Origin: an uncultured Muribaculaceae bacterium
GTDB taxonomy: Bacteria > Bacillota_I > Bacilli_A > RF39 > UBA660
DNA length: 51,172 bases
Reading direction: 5' to 3'
Assembly: GCA_964430695.1 (NCBI GenBank)
Contig: CAYSFO010000005.1
Location: 1 to 51,172, forward strand
The notes under the pieces were generated by a model. That model searched no databases and was not told the DNA's origin. It worked only from the letters and a program-made list of their open reading frames with translations. Each line of letters opens with the position of its first letter. Positions within the stretch are counted from its first letter, which is position 1. Positions 10,075 through 19,963 of this stretch are shown here, one piece after another. Made by a program: the position numbers and the translations under genes.

Positions 10075-12034
10075 TACGATGAAAAATTTGTTTCCTTATT
10101 TAGTTTTATTTGTTGTTATTTTCTTTGTACTAACAGTTTTAAATTTTGGTGGTGCTGTTAGTCATGATTTAACAACAGGAGAATTATTAAGTGAATTAGA
10201 AAAAAGTAATGTAACAGAAATTGTAATTACTCCAAGTAGTACGGATTCAGTCTACTATATTGAAGGGAAACTAAATGGATATAAAGAAAAAGAATCATTT
10301 AAATCTAAAGTAGTAGAAAAAGATTTAACAGAAATTACAAGCTATGCCAAAGCAAATGATTTAAAAGTGTATGAAACCAAAAAAGATCCAGGTTCGATTT
10401 CTATTCTATATATAATAGTAAACTTTTTACCATTAATTATTATCGTTGTTGGATCTTACTTCTTATTCACAAAGATGGCAGGAAGCAATAAAAATTCTAT
10501 GGATTTCGGTAGAAGTCGTGCTCGTCTTTCTGAAGATGGAGGAAATATTAAATTTAATGACGTTGCAGGTCTTAAAGAAGAAAAAGAAGAAGTATCTGAA
10601 CTAATTGATTTCTTAAAAAATCCTAAAAAATTTCAAAAACTAGGAGCTCGTATTCCTAAAGGTGTTTTATTAGTAGGGCCTCCAGGAACAGGAAAAACTT
10701 TACTAGCAAAAGCTGTAGCCGGAGAAGCAAACGTGCCTTTCTATTATATCAGTGGTTCTGACTTTGTAGAATTATTCGTGGGAGTTGGAGCAAGTCGTGT
10801 AAGAGATATGTTTAAAGAAGCAAAGAAAAATGCACCTTGTTTAATCTTTATTGATGAAATTGATGCTGTTGGGCGTCAACGTGGTGCAGGACTTGGTGGA
10901 GGACACGATGAACGTGAACAAACGTTAAACCAATTATTAACCGAAATGGATGGATTTGGAGCAAATGAAGGTATCATTATTATTGCTGCAACTAACCGTC
11001 CAGATGTATTAGACCCAGCACTTCTAAGACCTGGAAGATTTGATAGACAAGTAACAGTAAATTTACCAGATACAAAAGAACGTGAAGCTATATTAAAAGT
11101 ACATGCTCGTAATAAAGTACTTGCAAGTAGTGTTAAATTAGATAACATAAGTGCTCGTACACCAGGATTTAGTGGAGCTGACCTTGAAAACCTATTAAAT
11201 GAAGCAGCTTTACTTGCTGTTCGTAAAAACGAAGATGCCATTACAATGGATGACATTGATGAAGCAACTGACCGTGTTTTAATGGGACCAGCAAAAACAT
11301 CTCGTAAAATTACAGATAAAGAGAAGAAACTAGTAAGTATTCATGAATCAGGACACGCTGTCATTGGAATCAAATTAGAAGATGCCAATGAGGTACATAA
11401 AATTACGATTATCCCTCGTGGGATGGCTGGCGGATACACCATGATGCTTCCAAAAGAAGAAAAAATATCTGTTATGACCCAAAAAGAATTATTAGCAATG
11501 ATAACTGGACTTCTTGGAGGTCGTGCTGCAGAAGAGCTATTCTTAGGAGAAATTACGACTGGTGCAAGTGATGACTTCAAAAAAGCAACCAACCTTGCTC
11601 GTAGTATGGTTTCTGAATATGGTATGAGTGAACTAGGCCCTATGCAATATGAACAAAAAAGTGAAGGCGTATTCTTAGGAAGAGATTATAATAAAACAAA
11701 AAATTATTCAGACCAAGTTGCATTAGAAATCGATAGAGAAGTTCGTAAAATTATTGAAAACTGTTATAAAGATGCTAAAAAAATACTAAATGATAACAAA
11801 GACTTAGTAATGACGTTAAGTAAAGCTTTAATAGAAAGAGAAACGTTAACAAAAGAAGAAATAGAATCTTTAGTAACAACAGGAAAAATTGGTGATGATT
11901 TAGAACCTTTAAAAGAAGATGAACCTTCTTTACTAAAGCTAAAGGAAATTGCAAAAGCAAATAAAATCAAAGGTTATACAAAAATGACCAAAGAAGAATT
12001 AGAAAATGCAATTAAAGAATTAGACGAAGAATAA
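10061..12034 (+). CDS. ftsH: ATP-dependent zinc metalloprotease FtsH with a C-terminal Rho_N-like extension
   Basis: Two TM segments, Walker A GPPGTGKT, Walker B IFIDEID, zinc motif HESGH. ATG 10061 follows SD GAGGAG. Confidence 0.99.
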   Translation: MKKNNTMKNLFPYLVLFVVIFFVLTVLNFGGAVSHDLTTGELLSELEKSNVTEIVITPSSTDSVYYIEGKLNGYKEKESFKSKVVEKDLTEITSYAKANDLKVYETKKDPGSISILYIIVNFLPLIIIVVGSYFLFTKMAGSNKNSMDFGRSRARLSEDGGNIKFNDVAGLKEEKEEVSELIDFLKNPKKFQKLGARIPKGVLLVGPPGTGKTLLAKAVAGEANVPFYYISGSDFVELFVGVGASRVRDMFKEAKKNAPCLIFIDEIDAVGRQRGAGLGGGHDEREQTLNQLLTEMDGFGANEGIIIIAATNRPDVLDPALLRPGRFDRQVTVNLPDTKEREAILKVHARNKVLASSVKLDNISARTPGFSGADLENLLNEAALLAVRKNEDAITMDDIDEATDRVLMGPAKTSRKITDKEKKLVSIHESGHAVIGIKLEDANEVHKITIIPRGMAGGYTMMLPKEEKISVMTQKELLAMITGLLGGRAAEELFLGEITTGASDDFKKATNLARSMVSEYGMSELGPMQYEQKSEGVFLGRDYNKTKNYSDQVALEIDREVRKIIENCYKDAKKILNDNKDLVMTLSKALIERETLTKEEIESLVTTGKIGDDLEPLKEDEPSLLKLKEIAKANKIKGYTKMTKEELENAIKELDEE

Positions 12035-12039
12035 ATCGT

Positions 12040-12279
12040 CTAATTTTTTTTATCTACTTTACTATTTGAAGGATAAGGCTTTCTTTCATTGGTAAAACCA
12101 ATTAAATAATCTATGCTAGTGTTATAATATTTAGCTAAAATCATTAATTTATCAATGGGTATTAACCTTAAACCAGTTTCATATCTAGAGTATTGTACTT
12201 GAGACATTTTTAATATTTTAGCAATTTCAGTTTGTGTTAAATCTTTATCTTCTCGTATTTCTTTTAATCTTTCTAGCAT
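12040..12279 (-). CDS. XRE-family HTH transcriptional regulator
   Basis: RLKEIREDKDLTQTEIAKILKMSQVQYSRYETG...LAKYYNTSIDYLIG; ATG 12279 follows SD AGAGGT. Confidence 0.93.
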   Translation of the reverse strand: MLERLKEIREDKDLTQTEIAKILKMSQVQYSRYETGLRLIPIDKLMILAKYYNTSIDYLIGFTNERKPYPSNSKVDKKN

Positions 12280-12309
12280 AAATTTCAACCTCTTTATACT
12301 ATTCTACTT

Positions 12310-12381
12310 ATAACCAAATAGTTATGCTTGATTTTAAAACCAAATGGTTATAAAATATACTTAATATAACCGTATAGTTAT
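12310..12381. promoter_or_regulatory. Three 16-bp imperfect palindromic operators overlapping a sigma-A promoter
   Basis: ATAACCaaatAGTTAT (12310), AAAACCaaatGGTTAT (12336), ATAACCgtatAGTTAT (12366); TTGATT(12328)-17-TAAAAT(12351). Confidence 0.7.
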
Positions 12382-12413
12382 AAAAGCTAAAAAGTAAGGA
12401 TAGGATAGAAAAT

Positions 12414-13574
12414 ATGAAACTAGAAAAAATTGATAAAAATAAAAAACGAATAACAATGATAGCAATATTGTTAACTACATTTATGGTTCCACAGGTAAAA
12501 GCCATAACAAGTGATAATGTATTATATGGAGAAGGAAATGTAACAGAAGCGTTAGATGAATTAAATGAAAATCTAAACATCTGTTTAAGTGGAGATGCAG
12601 ATGAAACAAAAATACTATCTGGCTATCAAACGTATTACAAAGGCAAACTAGTAGTAGGAACAATACCAAGTAAATCTTCTGCTACTTATACACCAGGGAC
12701 AAGTAATCAAACGATAGCAGCAAATCAATGGTTAAGTGGAGCGCAAACCATCAAAGGGGATAGTAACTTAAAAGCAAGTAACATCGCTTGTGGAGTAACG
12801 ATATTTGGAGTAACAGGAACGAAAGATTGTGCGCCATCAACAATCTTAAGTGGGTTATATAGTACAGCCAAAATAGGAGACTATGTTCAAATGACGCCGA
12901 CAAGCACATCGTATACTATACCATCAAGTTTAACTGGTTATACAAGTGCCCAAACAATAAACCCAAGTGAGTTAAAGTTATGGAGAATTATCCGAATCAA
13001 TGATGATGGAACAATAGAGATGGTATCAGAATATGTATCAAGTACAGTAGTATATTTTGCTGGAGAAGCAGGGTATAAAAATTTCGTAGGTGCACTAAAT
13101 ACAATAGCGGCACAATATGCAAATAGTAACTATACAATGTCTACAAGACATATAGGATATAATAATCAAACAGCCACCATAACAGCAACGTTATCTGCTT
13201 CTACATGTAACATAAGTACAATAGATAATAGTAAAGAAACAAGTGGATGTGGAGATGTATCCTATCAAAGAGATACGAATCTAGTAAGAAGTGTATATGG
13301 AAACCTAAAAGCGAATAAAGTGGCTGCGACCACAACAGCAACAGAATACTGGTTAGCTTCGCGCGTATTGGAAGTCGTTTTTTCCTCAGGCGCACATCGT
13401 TATGGCGGCCGTACCTTGAACACGTATGGGGTTGAGGTTTATAAGCCTTTATATGCAAGTGATTTGTTTTTGACGGGCTCTGGGGATGCGATTCGTCCTA
13501 TCGTTACTCTGAAATCTGGGATTGTTGCAGCATCTGGATCTGGAACAAAATCAAAACCATGGATATTATCTTGA
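12414..13574 (+). CDS. Exported protein with phage tail-fibre-like motifs and a C-terminal CLec-like domain (putative DGR target)
   Basis: N-terminal signal peptide, GDSNLKASNIACGVTIFGVTGT motif, and C-terminal YWLASR...IRPIVTL frame. Confidence 0.65.
   Translation: MKLEKIDKNKKRITMIAILLTTFMVPQVKAITSDNVLYGEGNVTEALDELNENLNICLSGDADETKILSGYQTYYKGKLVVGTIPSKSSATYTPGTSNQTIAANQWLSGAQTIKGDSNLKASNIACGVTIFGVTGTKDCAPSTILSGLYSTAKIGDYVQMTPTSTSYTIPSSLTGYTSAQTINPSELKLWRIIRINDDGTIEMVSEYVSSTVVYFAGEAGYKNFVGALNTIAAQYANSNYTMSTRHIGYNNQTATITATLSASTCNISTIDNSKETSGCGDVSYQRDTNLVRSVYGNLKANKVAATTTATEYWLASRVLEVVFSSGAHRYGGRTLNTYGVEVYKPLYASDLFLTGSGDAIRPIVTLKSGIVAASGSGTKSKPWILS
13351..13517 (+). other. Putative DGR variable region
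   Basis: Hand count: A is 27/160 and G+C 77/160 in 13351-13510, versus A 67/160 and G+C 56/160 in the preceding 160 nt. The shift spans YWLASR to RPIVTL. Confidence 0.65.
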
Positions 13575-13601
13575 TTTTCAGACTGCTTTATAAAAATCTA
13601 A

Positions 13602-13714
13602 AAATTACCAATTTTGTTTGAATTCTAGCGAATTTAACAAATTGGTCTTTTATTTTGGAAAAATATATAACAAATTTTTATAAATAAAGCTCAAATTTAA
13701 CAAATTGGTAATTT
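13602..13714. repeat. Cluster of direct and inverted AATTTAACAAATTGGT repeats, including a probable terminator hairpin
   Basis: Identical 16-mers at 13631 and 13694, an imperfect inverted copy at 13602-13624 and a partial copy near 13668. Confidence 0.7.
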
Positions 13715-13762
13715 GTTTTATGCATTATTTTCTGTTATTCTCGCTTCTAAGAGGTGTACAAG

Positions 13763-14251
13763 ATGAAAAGAATAATTACTAAAGATTTATTTATAAAGAT
13801 ATTTGAAAATCCTAAATATAGAAAAAAGTTAGATAAAATGATTTTGAATTTTTTTGGTTTAGATACAAATAAACAAGAAGAGTCAGAATCTATAACAGAA
13901 GACGATGTTGTTTTAGAATTTATTTTGTTTATAAATACAGAATACATATTAAAAATAATCGTAAAAGATACAAAGAAATTATTTACTACATCTAAGAAAT
14001 TTTATATTAATTTGAGTTATAGAGAAGTAGAAAAGTATCATGAATTGTTAATGCCTTGCTACTGGGAAATATATTGTCCCTATTCTCTAAAACATCTTAA
14101 AAAGCAACCAAAACTCATTCTAATAGCAGCTTTATTATCTTGCAAAGATAAAACGGAAATAGAAATGATTTTAAAAGAGTTAAGTATATTTAGCACGAAA
14201 GAAATAAAAGATATTATAAATATGATAGAAGATAAAAAGGATTTAAAATAA
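13763..14251 (+). CDS. Hypothetical protein, possibly a degenerate Rpn/PD-(D/E)XK-like protein
   Basis: ATG 13763 follows SD AGAGGTG. N-terminal 'DLFIKIFEN....LDKMILNFFG' loosely resembles Rpn N-termini. Confidence 0.5.
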   Translation: MKRIITKDLFIKIFENPKYRKKLDKMILNFFGLDTNKQEESESITEDDVVLEFILFINTEYILKIIVKDTKKLFTTSKKFYINLSYREVEKYHELLMPCYWEIYCPYSLKHLKKQPKLILIAALLSCKDKTEIEMILKELSIFSTKEIKDIINMIEDKKDLK

Positions 14252-14587
14252 AAGTTATGACTATTTGTGTCGAATTTCTTGAAATATATTTATTTCCAAT
14301 TATAATAACCCCTCGTGTTACTGATTTGAATAATGTCCCATTCATTTATTAAAATAAAAAATGTTTCTTCTTTTTGTGGTCATATTACTTTATTCCCTTT
14401 GCATTATTTTTGATCAGTAACATTAATATGTTTATGAGAACCGTATTTGGTTTTAAAATATAACTGCTTTTATTTTTAATTTTATATGAGTTCCAAAACT
14501 ATGAAATAGAAATGTTTTTATAAAGACAAAAACAGTTTATTGTGTTAAAATATTTCTAGCGACTAAAAATTTGAAAAAGGTGGTATT

Positions 14588-15373
14588 ATGGCAAAAGTTA
14601 TTTCATTAGTGAATCAAAAAGGAGGCGTTGGTAAAACAACAACAAGCATTAACTTGGCGGCAGCTTTAGGTACAGAAGGAAAAAAGACTCTTTTAATCGA
14701 TTTAGACCCACAAGGCAATGCTTCTAATGGCTTAGGATTAAATACCAATGACTTTGAAAACGATATCTATGATGTTATAACTGGTGCATGTGATATAAAA
14801 AAAGCAATTATCAAAACAAAGTTTCAAAATTTATCCATTATACCTTCTACAATTAATTTAGCAGGTGTAGATGTCGAGTTCGTTAAAAAAATGTTAGAGG
14901 ATACTAGTTTTAGACAAAATGAACAATTACGTTTCAATTTGAAGGAAATTAGAGAAAATTACGATTATATTATTATTGATTGCCAACCATCTTTAGGAAT
15001 ATCAACAATGAATGCATTAGTAGCTAGTGACTCAGTCATTATTCCTGTACAATGTGAATACTTTGCTTTAGAAGGAATAACACAGCTTTTAAATTCAATT
15101 ATCCTAGTACAATCAAACATGAATCCAGATTTAAGAATTGAAGGCGTTTTACTAACCATGTTAGATGGTAGAACAAATATTGGTTTAGAAGTTATTGAAG
15201 AAGTAAGAAAATGTTTTAAAAATAAAGTATTTAATACCATTATTCCAAGACTAGTTCGTCTAGTAGAAGCACCAAGTCATGGAAAACCAATCAATGCCTA
15301 TGATCCAACGAGTCGAGCTACACTTGCATATTCCAATTTAGCAAAGGAAGTGATTAGTCGAAATGGAAACTAA
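14588..15373 (+). CDS. parA: ParA/Soj ATPase
   Basis: Deviant Walker A NQKGGVGKTT, DLDPQGNAS, PVQCEYFALEG, EAPSHG. Confidence 0.98.
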   Translation: MAKVISLVNQKGGVGKTTTSINLAAALGTEGKKTLLIDLDPQGNASNGLGLNTNDFENDIYDVITGACDIKKAIIKTKFQNLSIIPSTINLAGVDVEFVKKMLEDTSFRQNEQLRFNLKEIRENYDYIIIDCQPSLGISTMNALVASDSVIIPVQCEYFALEGITQLLNSIILVQSNMNPDLRIEGVLLTMLDGRTNIGLEVIEEVRKCFKNKVFNTIIPRLVRLVEAPSHGKPINAYDPTSRATLAYSNLAKEVISRNGN

Positions 15374-16253
15374 AAGAAAAGCATTAGGAAAAGGATTAGA
15401 ACAATTATTTTCAAATGAAATTATTAACTTTGACAACTTTGAAAAAGAAATTGTATCTACGGCGAAAACAAGCGATATTTTAGAAATCCCACTAAGTGAA
15501 ATAAGAAGCAATCCATATCAACCACGTAAAACATTTAAGGAAGAAACTCTACAAGAATTAGCGGAAAGTATAAAAGAATATGGAATTGTAGAGCCAATTA
15601 TCGTTAAAAAAAGTATCAAAGGATATGAACTGATTGCTGGAGAACGTCGTACAAAAGCAGCAAGACTTGCAGGTTTAGAAACGATTCCAGCCATTATAAA
15701 AGACTTCAATGATCAAGAAATGATGGAAATAGCTTTAATCGAAAATATTCAAAGAGAAAATTTAAATCCAATCGATGAAGCAATGGCCTATGAAAATATT
15801 ATAAATTTAAGTAAGATGACTCAAGAAGAATTTGCTAAAAAGTTTGGAAAAAGTAGAAGTCATGTGACGAATATGTTAGGACTTTTGAAATTACCTTCTG
15901 CTACTAAAAAGTTAGTAGAAGAAAATAGAATTAGTATGGGGCATGCGCGTGCTTTAAGTAAAATTAATGATGAATCTTTAATTAATAATTTAGCAGATAG
16001 AGTATTAAACGAATCTTTAAGTGTTCGTGAATTGGAACGAATCATTGCAGAAGCAAACTTACCGAAAAAAAATAAAATAAATAGAAAAAACAATGAAAAT
16101 AATATGCATTACCTTATTTATGAAAAAGTAATGCGTGAAAAAATAGGATCAAAAGTTAAGATTAAGGAGAATAAAATAGAAATTCCTTTTGATAGAGAAA
16201 AAGACTTAGAAAGAATACTTGAAATATTAGGAATAGAAATAACGGGTGATTAG
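15363..16253 (+). CDS. parB: ParB/Spo0J partition protein
   Basis: ALGKGLEQL, NPYQPRK, AGERR, ENIQRENLNPIDEA, HARAL. Confidence 0.98.
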   Translation: METKRKALGKGLEQLFSNEIINFDNFEKEIVSTAKTSDILEIPLSEIRSNPYQPRKTFKEETLQELAESIKEYGIVEPIIVKKSIKGYELIAGERRTKAARLAGLETIPAIIKDFNDQEMMEIALIENIQRENLNPIDEAMAYENIINLSKMTQEEFAKKFGKSRSHVTNMLGLLKLPSATKKLVEENRISMGHARALSKINDESLINNLADRVLNESLSVRELERIIAEANLPKKNKINRKNNENNMHYLIYEKVMREKIGSKVKIKENKIEIPFDREKDLERILEILGIEITGD

Positions 16254-17069
16254 ATGGAAAAAGCCAAAAACATTCTAACTTTTTTAGGAAAAAAAGAAGT
16301 TTATGGTTTAGCATTAATTATACTAATTTCCATGGTAATCTATTATTTAGGGACAATAATCATTGAAAAAATAATAGTATCAGGAAAAACGGCATATGAA
16401 AAGAAAAAAAGAAGAACAATTGTGAATTTAGTTTCCAATGTTTTTAAATATGCCATATTTATCTTAGCCATTCTATTCATCTTAGATTTATATGGAGTAA
16501 ATACAAAGGCTTTCATTACAAGTTTAGGAGTTGTCAGTGCTGTTTTAGGTCTAGCCTTGCAAGATACAATAAAAGATTTTATTAGTGGAATCACAATCAT
16601 CATGGATAATTATTTTGCCGTAGGAGATATCGTAACCTACAATGATTTTACAGGAGAAGTCATTGATATGGGTTTAAAAACCACCAAAGTCAAGAAAAAC
16701 AGTGGTGAAGTTTTAATACTAGCAAACCGAAATATTGATCAAATTATTAATATTAGCCAAAAAACAGCAAATGTTATAATAGATATTCCGACGTCTTACG
16801 AAGACAAGACAGCACGCGTAGAAAAAGCAATGGATAAAATAATAAATGAAATTAAAAAAATGGATGGTGTGAAGAAAGACACACAATATTTAGGAATAAC
16901 AGCTCTAGATGATAGTTGTGTAAAATACACAATTAGTATTCATTGTCCCCAAGAGAATAGGTGGCAAGTAAAAAGAGAAGCATTAAAAATAATTAAAACA
17001 ATTTATGAAAAGGAAAAAATTAAAATCCCTTATCAACAAATAGAGGTGCATCATGAACAAGAAGTATGA
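16254..17069 (+). CDS. Small-conductance mechanosensitive channel (MscS family)
   Basis: GLALQDTIKDFISG, VGDIV, G.V..MGLKTT, and a C-terminal IPYQQ. Confidence 0.93.
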   Translation: MEKAKNILTFLGKKEVYGLALIILISMVIYYLGTIIIEKIIVSGKTAYEKKKRRTIVNLVSNVFKYAIFILAILFILDLYGVNTKAFITSLGVVSAVLGLALQDTIKDFISGITIIMDNYFAVGDIVTYNDFTGEVIDMGLKTTKVKKNSGEVLILANRNIDQIINISQKTANVIIDIPTSYEDKTARVEKAMDKIINEIKKMDGVKKDTQYLGITALDDSCVKYTISIHCPQENRWQVKREALKIIKTIYEKEKIKIPYQQIEVHHEQEV

Positions 17070-17253
17070 ATTAGGAGATATTGTTATAATGAAAAAGCCT
17101 CATGCTTGTAAAACAAATGAATGGAAAATAACAAGGATGGGTGTAGATATTAAAATAAAGTGCCAATATTGTGGGCGTGAAATTATGATGGATCGTTTAG
17201 AATTTGAACGAAAACTAAAAAAAGTTTTGGGTGAAAAAAATGAATGTAAATAA
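17053..17253 (+). CDS. DUF951 (YyzM-like) protein
   Basis: GDIVIMKKPHAC..NEW.ITRMGVDIKIKC..CGR; conserved position near ychF. Confidence 0.92.
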   Translation: MNKKYELGDIVIMKKPHACKTNEWKITRMGVDIKIKCQYCGREIMMDRLEFERKLKKVLGEKNECK

Positions 17254-18784
17254 ATTAAAAGAAAAAATAAAATTACATCCAATAATGACAATTATAATCA
17301 TGATTGGAGTAACAATTATATTAAGTGGAATCTTGTCTGTATTAAATATTCAAGCAACCACAAGAAAAATTAGTACAACTTCCTTAGAATATAATACGTA
17401 TATTGCTGAAGTATCCTCTCTGTTTAGCTTATCTGGATTAAAATACATATTTACAAGTACTGTAAGCAATTTTGTGGCCTTTGTTCCCTTAAGCAGTTTG
17501 ATTATTGTTCTTATTGGGATTGGAGTGATGGAGAAAAGTGGATTTTTAAAAGTCGCCATTACTTTATTAACCAAAAATGCGAAAAAAAATGTAGTCACGT
17601 TTGTATTAGTTTTAATAAGTATCCTTTTAGGAGTAATTGGAGATTTATCCTATATTATTTTATTACCAATTGCAGCGATATTATTTGAATATGGGAAAAG
17701 GAATCCTGCTTTAGGAATCATTGCTTCTTTTGCTGGATTAACATGTGGTTATGGAGTAAATATAATTTTTACAAGTATAGATTCTTCCCTATTATCATTA
17801 AGTACGCTAGCGGCAAACTTATTAGATAGTGATTATGTAATGAAAACGACTGGTTTTGTCTTTATTATGTTTATTGCCGTAGTACTTCTATCGATATTGA
17901 TTACCTATATGACAGAAAAATATTTAGTATATAAATTAGATAAATACGAAATACCTGAAACCGAACCAGAAGATGAATTCTTTTTAGGAAAAAAAGAAAA
18001 AAGAGGATTAATAATTGCAACTATATTTTTTTCTATTTATTTCTTAATATTTCTATACAATATCATACCGGGACTTCCATTATCAGGGAATTTATTAGAC
18101 AATAGCCAAGTATTCTACATAGATAAGTTATTTAGTTACAATTCTTTCTTTAGTACTGGTTTTGTCTTTATCGTTACTATCGGTTTTGTCATTCTAGGAT
18201 TCTTTTACGGAATTGGTGCCGGAACAATAAAGAATAACAAAGATTTATGTGAAGATTTAGGGCATTCTTTAGATGGAATAGGACAAACTTTAGTATTAAT
18301 TTTCTTTACTTCTATTTTAATAAATGTTGTAAAATATACCGATATAGGAAAAGTAATAGTAACGTTCCTAGCAAATATTATAAATAATACTTCATTTACA
18401 GGGATTCCATTACTTATTTTACTCTTTTTAATAAGTGCGGTGTCTACCATATTTGTTCCTTCCTCTTTATCTAGATGGGAAATACTTTCTGGGGTAACGA
18501 TTCCAATATTTATGGAAGCAGGATTTTCTCCAGAATTTACGCAAATTATCTTCCGTTTTGGAGAGTCAGTAACAATAGGTTTAACCCCTTTATTTGCTTA
18601 TTTTGTCATTTACTTGGCCTTATTAGAAAAATACAATCAAAATAAAGAACCAATCAATATATTAAAAGCAATAAAGTACCAATTACCGTATGCCATTATG
18701 ACATTTGTTATATTATTGACAATCCTAATTGTGTGGTATATAGTAGGACTTCCAATAGGTGTTGGAGTATCTCCAGCATTATAG
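17240..18784 (+). CDS. AbgT family transporter
   Basis: KLHP near the N-terminus, NFVAFVPL, GIGVMEKSG, IFRFGESVT, WYIVGLPIG; many TM segments. Confidence 0.88.
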   Translation: MNVNKLKEKIKLHPIMTIIIMIGVTIILSGILSVLNIQATTRKISTTSLEYNTYIAEVSSLFSLSGLKYIFTSTVSNFVAFVPLSSLIIVLIGIGVMEKSGFLKVAITLLTKNAKKNVVTFVLVLISILLGVIGDLSYIILLPIAAILFEYGKRNPALGIIASFAGLTCGYGVNIIFTSIDSSLLSLSTLAANLLDSDYVMKTTGFVFIMFIAVVLLSILITYMTEKYLVYKLDKYEIPETEPEDEFFLGKKEKRGLIIATIFFSIYFLIFLYNIIPGLPLSGNLLDNSQVFYIDKLFSYNSFFSTGFVFIVTIGFVILGFFYGIGAGTIKNNKDLCEDLGHSLDGIGQTLVLIFFTSILINVVKYTDIGKVIVTFLANIINNTSFTGIPLLILLFLISAVSTIFVPSSLSRWEILSGVTIPIFMEAGFSPEFTQIIFRFGESVTIGLTPLFAYFVIYLALLEKYNQNKEPINILKAIKYQLPYAIMTFVILLTILIVWYIVGLPIGVGVSPAL

Positions 18785-18797
18785 AAAGGAGAAAATT

Positions 18798-19898
18798 ATG
18801 TCTCTAAAAGCTGGTATTGTGGGATTGCCTAATGTAGGGAAATCTACACTATTTAATGCCATTACAAAAAAAAATATCTTAGCAGCAAACTATCCTTTTG
18901 CAACAATTGATCCAAATGTTGGTGTAGTGACTGTTCCCGATAAAAGATTAGAATTTTTAGAAAATATGTATATTCCAAATAGCTTAGTTCCGACAACATT
19001 TGAATTCACGGATATAGCGGGACTTGTTAAGGGAGCATCAAAAGGAGAAGGTTTAGGAAATAAATTCTTATCTCATATTAGAGAAGTAGACGCAATTGTT
19101 GAAGTTGTAAGGTGTTTTAAAGATGAAAACATTATTCACGTAGAAGGTGGCATTGACCCCATACGTGATATAGAAATTATCAATTTAGAATTAATATTAG
19201 CAGACTTAGAAATTATTGAAAATCGTATTGAGAAAATAGCAAAAAAAGCCGAAACAACAAAAGATAAAGAAGCGTTAAAAGAAGTAGAAACGCTGAAAAA
19301 AGCGAAAGAATCTCTTTTAAACAATCAAGCTCTACGATTAGTTGCCTTTGATAAAGATGAATTAGAAATTTTAAAACCATTCAACTTTATCACCTTAAAA
19401 CCTTTAATTTATGTTGCTAATGTTTTAGAAGATGATATAGTAACTGCTGAAAATGAGTATACAAAAAAAGTTTTTGAATATGCAGCAAATGAAAAAGCTG
19501 GTGTAATTGTGATGTGTGCTAAAATTGAATCAGAATTAGCAGAACTGGAAGAAAGTGAGAAAAAAGCCTTTTTAAAAGACTTAGGAATTTCTTCAAGCGG
19601 TCTTGATAAACTCATCTTTGCAACCTATGATTTACTTGGACTACAAACATTTTTTACTGTAGGTAAAGATGAAGTAAGAGCATGGACATTTAAAAAAGGA
19701 ACGAATGCTAAAAAATGTGCAGGTTTAATTCATAGTGATATTGAAAGAGGATTTATTAAAGCCGAAATTATGAAATTTAATGACCTTGAAGAATTAAATG
19801 ATGAAAAGAAAGTGCAAGAAGCTGGAAAATTATATCTCGAAGGAAAAGACTATATCATGCAAGATGGAGACATTGTTTATTTCCGATTTAATGTATAA
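18798..19898 (+). CDS. ychF: Ribosome-binding ATPase YchF
   Basis: GIVGLPNVGKSTLFNA, DIAGLVKGASKGEGLGNKFL and C-terminal FRFNV. Confidence 0.99.
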   Translation: MSLKAGIVGLPNVGKSTLFNAITKKNILAANYPFATIDPNVGVVTVPDKRLEFLENMYIPNSLVPTTFEFTDIAGLVKGASKGEGLGNKFLSHIREVDAIVEVVRCFKDENIIHVEGGIDPIRDIEIINLELILADLEIIENRIEKIAKKAETTKDKEALKEVETLKKAKESLLNNQALRLVAFDKDELEILKPFNFITLKPLIYVANVLEDDIVTAENEYTKKVFEYAANEKAGVIVMCAKIESELAELEESEKKAFLKDLGISSSGLDKLIFATYDLLGLQTFFTVGKDEVRAWTFKKGTNAKKCAGLIHSDIERGFIKAEIMKFNDLEELNDEKKVQEAGKLYLEGKDYIMQDGDIVYFRFNV

Positions 19899-19909
19899 AA
19901 ATGAATAAT

Positions 19910-19963
19910 AAAAATGGTTATTTTCAACGTTTAAGTATAAACTTTTGAGAAAAACCATTTTTT
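19910..19963. terminator. Long hairpin, probable bidirectional terminator between ychF and the toxin gene
   Basis: AAAAATGGTT..TTTTCAA..GTTTA-agta-TAAAC..TTGAGAA..AACCATTTTT. Confidence 0.65.

Noticed and set aside
12040-13574. Prophage or complete DGR cassette
   Set aside because: No integrase, capsid, terminase, reverse transcriptase, Avd or template repeat in the window; only the putative target gene is supported.
14252-14587. parS site, oriC or pseudogene upstream of parA
   Set aside because: No TGTTNCACGTGAAACA or DnaA-box cluster was seen by eye. The short minus-strand coding-like fragments are interrupted by stops and unrecognisable.
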